NCBI GenBank assembly: GCA_027055005.1
Contig: JALUNR010000025.1
Location: 1 to 48,077, forward strand
Origin: Campylobacterales bacterium
GTDB lineage: Bacteria > Campylobacterota > Campylobacteria > Campylobacterales > QNZT01
Direction of reading: 5' to 3'
Length of the DNA stretch: 48,077 nt
Shown: piece after piece, positions 25,706 through 34,475 of the stretch
Position numbering within the stretch: position 1 is the stretch's first letter
Layout: each line of letters opens with the position of its first letter
Notes under the pieces: model-generated
Databases searched by the model: none
Told to the model about the DNA's origin: nothing
What the model saw: only the letters and a program-made list of their open reading frames with translations
Position numbers and translations under genes: made by a program

Positions 25706-26761
25706 ATGCAAAGTATAATTCAAAAAATACAAAATGATGAAAGACTTACTTTAAAAGAAGGGGTAAAACTTTATGATTTGGATCTTTTTACTCTTGGAAA
25801 GCTAGCTTCTAAAAAAAGAGAAGCTTTGCATCAAAAAAAAACTTTTTATAATATAAACCGACACATAAATCCTACAAATGAATGCAAAGATATATGCAAA
25901 TTTTGTGCATTTTCAGCAAATAGAAAAAATCCAAACCAATACACTATGAGTTTTGATGAGATTTTAAATATTGCTAAAGAAGCAGTAAAAAATGGAGCAA
26001 AAGAGTTTCATATTGTTTCTGCTCATAATAATAAAGTAGGGCTTGATTGGTATATGGGTATGTTTAAGATACTAAAAAATAACTTTCCAGATATACATAT
26101 AAAAGCATTAACAGCCGCAGAGATAAACTTTTTAGCAAATGAACATAATAAATCTTATGAAGAGATTATATCTCTTATGATAGAAAATGGAGTTGACTCC
26201 ATGCCAGGAGGTGGAGCAGAGATTTTTGATGAAAAAGTTAGAGATTATATCTGCAAAGGAAAAGTAAGCTCATCAGATTGGTTAAAAATCCACTCTTTAT
26301 GGCATAAAAGAGGAAGAAAAAGCAATGCAACTATGCTTTTTGGTCATATAGAAAGTCGTGAAAATAGGGTAGATCATATGATAAGACTAAGAGAGGTTCA
26401 GGATAAATCAGGTGGATTTAACACATTTATTCCTCTTGTATATCAAAGAGAAAATAATTATCTAAAAGTAAAAAACTTCCTATCTTCAACTGAGATTTTA
26501 AAAACTATGGCCATAAGTAGGCTAGTGCTAGATAATTTCCCACATATAAAAGCTTACTGGGTTACTTCAACTATAAACTTAGCTTTAATATCTCAAGAAT
26601 TTGGTGCAGATGACTTAGATGGAACAATCCAAAAAGAGTCTATAAACTCAGCAGCAGGAGCAAAAAGTTTAAGTGGTATGAAAGAATATGAGTTTGTTAC
26701 ACTTATAAAAGATAGTGGATTTGAGCCAGTTTTGAGAGATAGTTTGTATAATGAAATATAA
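25706..26761 (+). CDS. mqnE: Futalosine-pathway radical SAM enzyme, most like aminofutalosine synthase MqnE (MqnC not excluded)
   Basis: 351 aa. Radical SAM cluster motif CKDICKFCAF lies in the context FYNINRHINPTNEC. The N-terminal ERLTLKEGVKLYDLDLFTLGKLA pattern is what I associate with MqnE. Confidence 0.6.
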   Translation: MQSIIQKIQNDERLTLKEGVKLYDLDLFTLGKLASKKREALHQKKTFYNINRHINPTNECKDICKFCAFSANRKNPNQYTMSFDEILNIAKEAVKNGAKEFHIVSAHNNKVGLDWYMGMFKILKNNFPDIHIKALTAAEINFLANEHNKSYEEIISLMIENGVDSMPGGGAEIFDEKVRDYICKGKVSSSDWLKIHSLWHKRGRKSNATMLFGHIESRENRVDHMIRLREVQDKSGGFNTFIPLVYQRENNYLKVKNFLSSTEILKTMAISRLVLDNFPHIKAYWVTSTINLALISQEFGADDLDGTIQKESINSAAGAKSLSGMKEYEFVTLIKDSGFEPVLRDSLYNEI

Positions 26762-26782
26762 ATTTAAAAATAGGAGAAAATC

Positions 26783-27205
26783 ATGAATATAGTTTGTAAA
26801 AAATGTTTAACCACAAATAGATTACCAGACAATAAGCCTATAAATAGAGCAATTTGTGGAAAATGTGAAGGAGATTTACTTGATAACTCCCCAGTAGAGT
26901 TAAATCCAAGCTCTTTTTCAAAGTTTATACAAAACAACTCCATCCCAGTTGTTGTTGATTTTTGGGCTCCATGGTGTGGACCATGTGTTATGATGGCACC
27001 AAATTTTAAAGAGGCAAGTAGTAAATTTATATTAAAAGCAAGATTTGCAAAAGTAAATACTCAAGATTTTCCATCTTTATCAGCTCCATATAATATAACA
27101 GGAATCCCAACTATGATAATTTTTAAAAATGGAGTAGAGATTGATAGGATAAGTGGTGCTTTATCGACTGAACAAATAGTAAAGTGGGTAAGTCAATATA
27201 TTTAA
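26783..27205 (+). CDS. trxC: Thioredoxin 2 (TrxC type, with an N-terminal zinc finger)
   Basis: 140 aa. The CKKC...CGKC zinc-finger extension is followed by the active site WAPWCGPC. Confidence 0.9.
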   Translation: MNIVCKKCLTTNRLPDNKPINRAICGKCEGDLLDNSPVELNPSSFSKFIQNNSIPVVVDFWAPWCGPCVMMAPNFKEASSKFILKARFAKVNTQDFPSLSAPYNITGIPTMIIFKNGVEIDRISGALSTEQIVKWVSQYI

Positions 27206-27216
27206 AAGTATCTTTA

Positions 27217-27254
27217 GAAAAAGCTAAATCTATACAGTAGCTTTTTCTTTTTTT
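27217..27254 (+). terminator. Intrinsic terminator for trxC (10-bp stem, 11-nt loop, T7 tail), embedded in the 3' end of the convergent carbonic anhydrase gene
   Basis: GAAAAAGCTA at 27217-27226 pairs with TAGCTTTTTC at 27238-27247, followed by TTTTTTT at 27248-27254. Confidence 0.6.
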
Positions 27255-27895
27255 AAATATTGTTCAACATGTAAAAATCTATGTTCGATTGGATCAAAGT
27301 ATTCTAATTCTCCACTATCTAAGTGATAATACCATCCTTGTACAAATATCTTTCCTTCCTTAACTTTTCTTTTTACAGCTGGATATGTTAAAAGATTTTT
27401 CATTTGATCAATAATATTGAATTTTTCAGTAGCAGAATAAAGATTCTTTTTATCTTTTAATCCTATCAATGCAATAGCTTGTTCTTTAGCACTTTCACCA
27501 AACTTGAGCCATTTTCTTATATGTGTCATTTCGATATCGTCTTCAGGTATATCTTGATATAAACTTTTACAAGCACCACACTGTGTATGTCCACATAAAA
27601 TAATATTATCAACATTCAAAACACTTAAAGCATATTCTATAACTGCTGGTGTTCCAGATGCTTCAGAATCTTCATCAAATGGAGGAACAAAGTTCCCTAT
27701 ATTTCTATCTATAAAAAGATCTCCAGGTTTTGTATGGGTTATTAGACTTGGAACTACACGAGAATCACTACAAGCTATAAAAAGTGTTTTAGGACTTTGC
27801 CCCTCTTCTACAAGTTTTTGAAATAGAGTAGAATACTGTTTTCCATATTTTTGTTTAAATTCTTTATAACTTTTGATTAATGTTTCTGCACTCAT
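27230..27895 (-). CDS. Beta-class carbonic anhydrase
   Basis: 221 aa. Zinc ligand motifs CSDSR and GHTQCGAC are present. Confidence 0.85.
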   Translation of the reverse strand: MSAETLIKSYKEFKQKYGKQYSTLFQKLVEEGQSPKTLFIACSDSRVVPSLITHTKPGDLFIDRNIGNFVPPFDEDSEASGTPAVIEYALSVLNVDNIILCGHTQCGACKSLYQDIPEDDIEMTHIRKWLKFGESAKEQAIALIGLKDKKNLYSATEKFNIIDQMKNLLTYPAVKRKVKEGKIFVQGWYYHLDSGELEYFDPIEHRFLHVEQYLKKEKATV

Positions 27896-28045
27896 TAATG
27901 TTCCCTTTATTTAAATTTTTTAATTATAAAATAATTTAAATAAAATTATTATAAATTTTAATATGTTAATTTAAATTTTATATTTATTATAAATATATAA
28001 AAAAAATTTATTGAATTTATCTATCAGCATATATAAAAAGAGTTT

Positions 28046-28054
28046 TGATATAAT
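28046..28054 (+). promoter_or_regulatory. Candidate extended -10 promoter (TGATATAAT) for ilvI-ilvH-lpxD
   Basis: An exact TGnTATAAT lies 28 nt upstream of ATG 28082. This implies a short 5' UTR of about 20 nt with no room for an attenuator leader. Confidence 0.5.
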
Positions 28055-28081
28055 CCTCAAATTATAACTTTGGAGAGATTT

Positions 28082-29773
28082 ATGCAACTAACTGGTTCAC
28101 AAATGGTTATACAAGCCCTAAAAGAGGAGGGTGTAACTACTGTTTTTGGTTACCCTGGTGGGGCTATTATGAATGTTTATGATGAGATTTATAAACAGGA
28201 TTATTTTAAACATATTTTAACTCGTCATGAACAAGCAAGTGTTCATGCTGCTGATGCATATGCTAGGGCTAGTGGAGAGGTTGGAGTAGCGATAGTTACA
28301 AGTGGTCCTGGATTTACAAATGCCGTAACAGGACTAGCAACTGCTTATACTGACTCTACACCACTAGTTGTTATAAGTGGACAAGTACCTATAACTATGA
28401 TAGGAACAGATGCTTTTCAAGAGATAGATGCAGTAGGGATTAGTCGTCCTTGTACAAAACATAACTTTTTAGTAAAAGATGTAAAAGAGTTACCACATAT
28501 ATTAAAAGAAGCTTTTTATATAGCAAGAAGTGGAAGACCTGGACCAGTTCATATAGATATTCCCAAAGATGTTACAGCAGAAGTTGGAGAATTTAAATAT
28601 CCAAAAGAGATAAGTTTACAAACATATAAACCTACTGTAAAGGGAAATATCAGACAGATAAAAAAAGCAATTGAAGCTATAAAAAAAGCTAAAAAACCTC
28701 TCTTTTATCTAGGTGGTGGAATCATACTATCAAACAGTAGTAATGAAATAAGAGAGATTATCTCTAAAACAAAAATTCCAGCAGTTGAAACTTTGATGGC
28801 TAGAGGAAGCTTGAGGCATGATGATGAAATGCTTTTAGGTATGTTAGGTATGCATGGAAGTTATGCTGCAAATATTGCTATGAGTGAGTGTGATCTTATA
28901 ATCTCTTTGGGAGCTAGATTTGATGATAGAGTTACTGGAAGACTTGATAAATTTGCTACAAATGCCAAAATTATTCATGTAGATGTAGATCCTAGCAGTA
29001 TAGGAAAACTTGTAAATGTTGATTATCCAATAGTTGGGGATTTGAAAAATGTTTTGAATTCTATGCTTAGTTTAGTTCAAGAGATCGATGCAAACTCTTA
29101 TGAATCGTGGAGAGGACTTGTTAAAAAGTATGCTGAACTTCATCCTCTAAGCTTTGAAGATAGTGAAGAGGTATTAAAACCTCAATGGATTATAAAAAGA
29201 GTAGGGGAAAAACTTGGAGATAAAGCCGTAGTATCAACAGATGTTGGACAACATCAGATGTGGACAGCTCAATACTATCCTTTTTCTTATCCTAGACAAT
29301 TTATAACAAGTGGTGGACTTGGAACTATGGGATTTGGTTTTCCCGCTAGTATTGGAGCTAAAAGGGCAAAAGAAGATAAGATAAGTATTAACTTTACTGG
29401 TGATGGCTCAATTTTGATGAATATTCAAGAGCTTATGACAGCAGTAGAGAGTAATACTCCAGTTATAAACATAGTGTTAAACAACAATTTTTTAGGTATG
29501 GTTAGACAGTGGCAAACATTCTTTTATGATAAAAGATATGCTGAAACAGATCTTAGTATGCAACCAAATTTTAAAATGTTAGCGGAGAGTTTTGGTGGAG
29601 TTGGATATGAAGTAAGAACAAAAAAGGAGTTTGATAAAGCACTTGATGATGCCTTAAATCAAAATAGAGTAGCTTTTATAGATGCCCATATAGATAGACT
29701 TGAGAATGTTCTTCCTATGGTTCCAGCAGGTGGAACACTATATAATATGATGCTAGAATTTAAGGATAACTAA
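28082..29773 (+). CDS. ilvI: Acetolactate synthase large subunit; start revised to ATG 28082
   Basis: 563 aa from MQLTGSQMVIQALKEEGV. TPP-binding motif GGLGTMGFGFPASIGA...GDGS is present. GGAGAG lies 4-6 nt upstream of ATG 28082. The ORF-track TTG at 28070 sits inside that RBS. Confidence 0.9.
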   Translation: MQLTGSQMVIQALKEEGVTTVFGYPGGAIMNVYDEIYKQDYFKHILTRHEQASVHAADAYARASGEVGVAIVTSGPGFTNAVTGLATAYTDSTPLVVISGQVPITMIGTDAFQEIDAVGISRPCTKHNFLVKDVKELPHILKEAFYIARSGRPGPVHIDIPKDVTAEVGEFKYPKEISLQTYKPTVKGNIRQIKKAIEAIKKAKKPLFYLGGGIILSNSSNEIREIISKTKIPAVETLMARGSLRHDDEMLLGMLGMHGSYAANIAMSECDLIISLGARFDDRVTGRLDKFATNAKIIHVDVDPSSIGKLVNVDYPIVGDLKNVLNSMLSLVQEIDANSYESWRGLVKKYAELHPLSFEDSEEVLKPQWIIKRVGEKLGDKAVVSTDVGQHQMWTAQYYPFSYPRQFITSGGLGTMGFGFPASIGAKRAKEDKISINFTGDGSILMNIQELMTAVESNTPVINIVLNNNFLGMVRQWQTFFYDKRYAETDLSMQPNFKMLAESFGGVGYEVRTKKEFDKALDDALNQNRVAFIDAHIDRLENVLPMVPAGGTLYNMMLEFKDN

Positions 29774-30246
29774 TGAGTGAGATAAGAAAAGTAATATCAG
29801 TTATAGTTTTAAATGAACACGGAGTTCTTTCAAGGATTTCTGGACTTTTTGCAGGAAGAGGTTATAACATAGAGTCTTTAACTGTTGCACCTATCCCTGA
29901 TAGTGATTATAGTAGATTTACCATAGTTACAAAGGGAAGTCCAAAAGTGATAGAGCAGATAGTTAAACAACTTCACAAACTTATCCCAACTTATAAAGTT
30001 ATAGAAAGTGATGATGTAGTAGAAAAAGAGATGGTTTTAGTAAAAATCCCTCTTGAAAACTCTTTAGGTGGACTAGACGCGATTTTAGCTGGATACAATG
30101 GTATAGTTGCAAACTCAACAGAAGATAGTTTAGTAGTTATGGCAGTAGATGATGTAAAAAGGATAGAAAACTTTATCAAAGTTATGAAAAAGTTCCACCC
30201 TACTCAAATAGTGAGAGGTGGAAGTGTTTCTATGGAGCGAAGCTAA
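29773..30246 (+). CDS. ilvH: Acetolactate synthase small (regulatory) subunit
   Basis: 157 aa. The ACT domain reads VLNEHGVLSRISGLFAGRGYNIESLTV. The junction with ilvI is TAATG. Confidence 0.9.
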   Translation: MSEIRKVISVIVLNEHGVLSRISGLFAGRGYNIESLTVAPIPDSDYSRFTIVTKGSPKVIEQIVKQLHKLIPTYKVIESDDVVEKEMVLVKIPLENSLGGLDAILAGYNGIVANSTEDSLVVMAVDDVKRIENFIKVMKKFHPTQIVRGGSVSMERS

Positions 30247-31145
30247 TGGATTTTTTTAAAAATCTTATAAAAGAGAAGAATATAAAAGGATTAGCTGATA
30301 CTAAAAGTGCAAAAGAGGGAGAAATAACTTTTTTAAATGATAAAAAGTTTTTAGAGGATCTCAAATCTACAAAAGCAAGTTTTGCACTTGTAAGAGAAGC
30401 AGATAAAGAGTTTGTTCCTTTTTCTTGTAAAGCGATAGTAGTTGATGATCCTTATCTAGCTTTTGCAAAAATAAGTCAAATCTTTGCACCAAAAGTTGAT
30501 ATAAAAAGAGAAAACATAGTTATAGGATATAACTCAAAAATAGATGAGAGTGCAATGATTATGAGTAATGTTGTGATAGGAAATAGTGTAACAATAGGCA
30601 AAAATGTAAAAATATATCCAAATGTTACTATATATGATAATACTATTATAGAAGATGATGTTACTATCCACTCTGGAACTGTTATAGGAAGTGATGGTTT
30701 TGGATATGCTTATGAAAAGGATAGAACTCCTGTTAAGATAGTTCACTTTGGAAGAGTTGTTATCAAAAAAGGGGCTGAGATAGGGGCAAATTGCACTATT
30801 GATAGAGGAGTGTTTAACGATACTATCATTGGAGAAAATTGTAAACTAGATAATCTTATCCAAATCGGACATAACTGTGAGTTAGAAAAAAACTGTATAA
30901 TAGTTTCCCAAAGTGGATTAGCTGGAAGTACAAAGCTGGGAGTTGCTGTAACTATGGGAGCTCAAAGTGGAACCTCTGGACACTTAGAGATAGCCCCTTA
31001 TACTGTTATAGCCGCTCGTGGTGGAGTTACCAAAAGTATAACAAAAAGTGGAGTTTATGCAGGTTTTCCTATAAAAGAGCATAAAACTTGGCTAAAAGAA
31101 CAAGCAAAAATATCAAAATTAACAAAAGAGAAAGGAAAAAAATGA
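30246..31145 (+). CDS. lpxD: UDP-3-O-acylglucosamine N-acyltransferase
   Basis: 299 aa. Left-handed beta-helix hexapeptide repeats are followed by a C-terminal helix. ilvH-lpxD adjacency is what I recall for Campylobacter. Confidence 0.85.
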   Translation: MDFFKNLIKEKNIKGLADTKSAKEGEITFLNDKKFLEDLKSTKASFALVREADKEFVPFSCKAIVVDDPYLAFAKISQIFAPKVDIKRENIVIGYNSKIDESAMIMSNVVIGNSVTIGKNVKIYPNVTIYDNTIIEDDVTIHSGTVIGSDGFGYAYEKDRTPVKIVHFGRVVIKKGAEIGANCTIDRGVFNDTIIGENCKLDNLIQIGHNCELEKNCIIVSQSGLAGSTKLGVAVTMGAQSGTSGHLEIAPYTVIAARGGVTKSITKSGVYAGFPIKEHKTWLKEQAKISKLTKEKGKK

Positions 31146-31375
31146 GTAGTAAAAAAGTAATAAAAGAGTTTAAATTAGCTGGAACAAAAGATGGAGTTAT
31201 AAGTGTAGCTCATATAGATGAGCCATATGGTGCTGAATCAAAACCAGTAGTAAGTATAGGTATATCACTAAAGGCAAACTCAAATGAGCCTGATTGGAAA
31301 GCCCATATACCTTATGAAAACTTGGATGAACTTATCGAAGCTCTCCAAGAAGCCAAAAAAGAACAAAATAAATAA
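31142..31375 (+). CDS. Small hypothetical protein (77 aa), translationally coupled to lpxD; start revised to ATG 31142
   Basis: ATGA overlap with the lpxD stop. The ORF-track start at 31088 would lie 57 nt inside lpxD. The protein is acidic and soluble (MSSKKVIKEFKLAGTKDGVISVAHIDEPYG...) and I recognise no family. Confidence 0.5.
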   Translation: MSSKKVIKEFKLAGTKDGVISVAHIDEPYGAESKPVVSIGISLKANSNEPDWKAHIPYENLDELIEALQEAKKEQNK

Positions 31376-31434
31376 TATTTTAAGAATAGTTTGAGTACAA
31401 TCCGCGAACTTAAAACAAGAAGAAGGAAAATACA

Positions 31435-31569
31435 ATGAAAAGAACATACCAACCGCATAACACACCAAGAAAAAGAACTCACGGGTTTAGAGTTAGAATG
31501 AAAACTAAAAACGGAAGAAGAGTTATAAAAGCAAGACGAGCTAAAGGTAGAAAGAGATTAGCAGTATAA
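31435..31569 (+). CDS. rpmH: 50S ribosomal protein L34 (absent from the supplied ORF track because it is only 44 aa)
   Basis: Translated by hand as [44 protein letters not shown] followed by a stop. RBS GAAGGAAAA is upstream and rnpA follows. Confidence 0.95.
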   Translation: MKRTYQPHNTPRKRTHGFRVRMKTKNGRRVIKARRAKGRKRLAV

Positions 31570-31577
31570 AAGGCTTT

Positions 31578-31886
31578 TTGCCACTAAAAACAGTAAAAGA
31601 GTTTAACTACATATATAAAAACTCTAAAGTTTATCACACTAAGTTTTTTGTACTTTTTTATTTAAAAGATAAAAACAAAAGATTTAGTGTAGTGGCATCC
31701 AAAAAAGTAGGTAATGCCGTGAAGCGAAATTTTGCTAAAAGAAGGCTTAGGGCATTGTTTATCGAACATGAGTTTGAAAAAGACTCATTTATTCTTGTAG
31801 CAAAAAAAGATATTATAAAAGTTAGATTTGATAATCTTCAGTATATTTTTAAAAAATCCATAAAAGCACTTCAATGCGAAAAATAG
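31578..31886 (+). CDS. rnpA: Ribonuclease P protein component
   Basis: 102 aa basic protein with a TTG start. The GNAVKRNFAKRRLR motif (RNR-like) is present and it sits immediately after rpmH. Confidence 0.85.
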   Translation: MPLKTVKEFNYIYKNSKVYHTKFFVLFYLKDKNKRFSVVASKKVGNAVKRNFAKRRLRALFIEHEFEKDSFILVAKKDIIKVRFDNLQYIFKKSIKALQCEK

Positions 31887-32197
31887 CCCTTTGGTTCCTA
31901 AATATTTATCAAAGATTTTTTACTCTGCTTGGATATGGAAGTTGTAGATACTATCCAACTTGTTCAGAGTATGCAAAATGGCAGTTTGAGAAAAACTCTT
32001 TAATTAAAGCCTTTTATTATACAACTAAAAGGATTCTTAGTTGCAACCAACTTTTTATCGGAGGAATTGATTATCCCGTTGTAAAGTGTCATAAAAACAA
32101 AAACAAACTTCAAAAAATACCAGCCAAAAAAATAAAGGTAAAGTATTGGTATGTTAAAAAAGAAAATGATAACTATTTTTTAGTAAAGTCATTTTAA
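31874..32197 (+). CDS. yidD: Membrane protein insertion efficiency factor YidD
   Basis: The conserved core CRYYPTCSEYA is present, and the gene lies between rnpA and yidC. Confidence 0.85.
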   Translation: MRKIALWFLNIYQRFFTLLGYGSCRYYPTCSEYAKWQFEKNSLIKAFYYTTKRILSCNQLFIGGIDYPVVKCHKNKNKLQKIPAKKIKVKYWYVKKENDNYFLVKSF

Positions 32198-32243
32198 TAA
32201 CTATTATAGTAAAATCGCACAAATTTATTTTAAAGGGTTTGAT

Positions 32244-33818
32244 TTGATTGATAATTTATCGCAACAGCAAAGAATGATTTTGGCAGTTGTTCTCAGTATT
32301 ATATTTTTTGTATTATATGATACATATTTTATGCCAAAGGCTAAACTTAATCAAGAGTTAAATACAACAAAAGTTTCTAAAGTAGAAACTAAAGTAGCAT
32401 CTCCACAAATTGATGCTCCTAAAGTTTCAAATCAAGTAGTAAAAAATATTTCAACAGCTCCAAAAACAAAATCTAAAATATTACTAACTGTGAACTCAAA
32501 AGATTTTACTATAAAAATAGATGAGTTTGGAAGAATAAGTAGTTATACACTTTTAGGAAAAAAATTTAAAACCAAAGATGGTGGATATACACATGTTATA
32601 GATAAGAGTATGAAGTTAAAACCATTGGAAATAAGATTTAGTGATAGTGCTCTAAATAGTGAAGCTTTTACGAAGCCATATAGAAGTGAAACGGCTTTGG
32701 TTGAACTCAAAGATAAAACGACTGTTAAACTTACTCAAAAACTTACAAATCTAACTGTAACAAAAATTATCACTTTTAAAAAAGATGGAACATATAAAGT
32801 TGAAGTTAAACTTTCAAAACCAACTGAATTTTTCATCACAAATGGAGAACATCCCGTTGCAGAAAAAAGTAAGTTTGTTTTCAATGGTGTTATAGTTGAA
32901 AAGAGTGATAATACACTAGAAAAAATTCAAGACAATAAAGCTGATGGTATATTAAGCATAAATAATGCAAAATATTTAGCTTCAAACGACAAATACTATA
33001 CAACTGTTTTTTATGATTTTAAAAAAGGATTAAATGTAGTAGTCTCTGATGAAAATAAAAAGCCTATTCCTTTTGTAAAATCAAATAACAATATAACTTT
33101 AAATGGTTATATTGGACCAAAAAGCTATGATAAACTCTACTCCATAGATCCACAGCTTACAAATGTTATAGAGTATGGATTTTTTACATTTATATCTAAA
33201 CCTATGTTTTTATTTCTAAAGTACATTTATTCAGTAGTTGGTAACTGGGGGTGGACAATAGTTTTTGCTACTATTTTTATAAAATTATTTTTATTTCCTC
33301 TTACATTTAAAGGTATGATATCTATGAATAAGATGAAAGCATTAGCACCTAAAATGAAAGAGCTTAAAGAAAAGTATAAAGATGATAAACAAAAACTAAA
33401 TGTAAAAATGATGGAACTATACAAAACTCATGGAGCAAATCCGATGGGTGGATGTCTACCTATGATACTTCAAATTCCAGTCTTTTTTGCGATATATAGA
33501 GTTTTACTAAATGCATTTGATTTAAAACAAGCTAGTTGGATACTTTGGTACAATGACCTTTCAGTTATGGATCCTTTCTATATACTACCACTTTTGATGG
33601 GTGCAACAATGTTTTGGCAACAACACATAACACCACAAAATTATACTGATCCTATGCAAGCAAAAATTATGAAGTTTTTACCACTTATATTTACATTTTT
33701 CTTTATAACTTTTCCTGCTGGACTTACTCTTTATTGGTTTACAAATAACTTGTTTACAATAGCTCAACAATACTATGTAAATAGTATATTTGCTAAACAA
33801 AAAGTTGTAAAGGAGTAA
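32244..33818 (+). CDS. yidC: Membrane protein insertase YidC
   Basis: 524 aa. An N-terminal TM and a large periplasmic domain are followed by the conserved C-terminal 5-TM core (GWTIVFATIFIKLFLFPLT, GGCLPMILQIPVFFAIY). Confidence 0.9.
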   Translation: MIDNLSQQQRMILAVVLSIIFFVLYDTYFMPKAKLNQELNTTKVSKVETKVASPQIDAPKVSNQVVKNISTAPKTKSKILLTVNSKDFTIKIDEFGRISSYTLLGKKFKTKDGGYTHVIDKSMKLKPLEIRFSDSALNSEAFTKPYRSETALVELKDKTTVKLTQKLTNLTVTKIITFKKDGTYKVEVKLSKPTEFFITNGEHPVAEKSKFVFNGVIVEKSDNTLEKIQDNKADGILSINNAKYLASNDKYYTTVFYDFKKGLNVVVSDENKKPIPFVKSNNNITLNGYIGPKSYDKLYSIDPQLTNVIEYGFFTFISKPMFLFLKYIYSVVGNWGWTIVFATIFIKLFLFPLTFKGMISMNKMKALAPKMKELKEKYKDDKQKLNVKMMELYKTHGANPMGGCLPMILQIPVFFAIYRVLLNAFDLKQASWILWYNDLSVMDPFYILPLLMGATMFWQQHITPQNYTDPMQAKIMKFLPLIFTFFFITFPAGLTLYWFTNNLFTIAQQYYVNSIFAKQKVVKE

Positions 33819-33821
33819 GTT

Positions 33822-34475
33822 GTGAAATTTTCAGCACCAACTTTAGATGAAGCATATAAAAAAGCTTCAAAAGAATTTACTTGTTCAATAGTTGAGTTAG
33901 AGATAGAAGTTATACAAAATCCAAGTTCTGGTTTTTTAGGTATGTTTTCTAAGGATGCTATAATAAAAGTGTTAAATAAAGGTGAACAAAAAATAGTACA
34001 AGAAGATAGTTCTAAGAATGTTTTAGATGCAGAGCAAGAGATAAAATCTGGTATGGAAAAGCTTTTAAAATCTAGTTGCTATGATTTAAATGTTGTTAAA
34101 GCAAGTATAGAAAATGAAAATGTATATATAAAAATAGATGGTAATGATGCTGCTTTAATGATAGGTAAAGAGGGATATAGATACAAAGCACTTTCCTACA
34201 TACTACATAATTGGATAAAAATGAAGTATGATATGACTTTGTCACTTGAAATAGCAGAGTTTTTAAAAAACCAAAAAGAAAATGTATTAAATTATCTTGT
34301 TAATATAAAACAAAGAGTAAGTGAACAAGGTAAAGCTCAAACAAAGCCATTGGATGGGATACTTGTAAAAATAGCGCTTGAAGAGTTAAGAAGAGTATAT
34401 CCAGATATGTATGTTGCTATCAAAACTCTAAGAGATGGTAGAAAAGTTGTTGTGGTAAATGAGCATAGAAAATAA
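33822..34475 (+). CDS. jag: Jag/KhpB-like RNA-binding protein (Jag_N, KH and R3H-like domains)
   Basis: 217 aa with a GTG start and RBS AAGGAG. It has the N-terminal Jag pattern (TLDEAYKKASKEF) and the KH-like segment IGKEGYRYKAL, and it holds the yidC-jag-mnmE position. Confidence 0.7.
   Translation: MKFSAPTLDEAYKKASKEFTCSIVELEIEVIQNPSSGFLGMFSKDAIIKVLNKGEQKIVQEDSSKNVLDAEQEIKSGMEKLLKSSCYDLNVVKASIENENVYIKIDGNDAALMIGKEGYRYKALSYILHNWIKMKYDMTLSLEIAEFLKNQKENVLNYLVNIKQRVSEQGKAQTKPLDGILVKIALEELRRVYPDMYVAIKTLRDGRKVVVVNEHRK

Noticed and set aside
27963-27974. A tiny ORF, ATG-TTA-ATT-TAA (M-L-I-stop), lies upstream of ilvI and might be a branched-chain amino acid attenuation leader peptide.
   Set aside because: It has only three codons and no RBS. 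It lies upstream of the predicted extended -10 promoter (28046-28054), so it is probably not in the ilv transcript. No terminator or antiterminator structures follow it.
27896-28069. Recurring A/T words lie in the carbonic anhydrase / ilvI divergent spacer: TTATTATAAAT at about 27946 and 27986, and TTAAATTTT twice. They might be iterons or operators.
   Set aside because: The spacer is almost pure A/T, so 9-11-mers recur by chance. The copies have no consistent symmetry, and their spacing relative to promoters cannot be distinguished from overlapping -10-like sequences.
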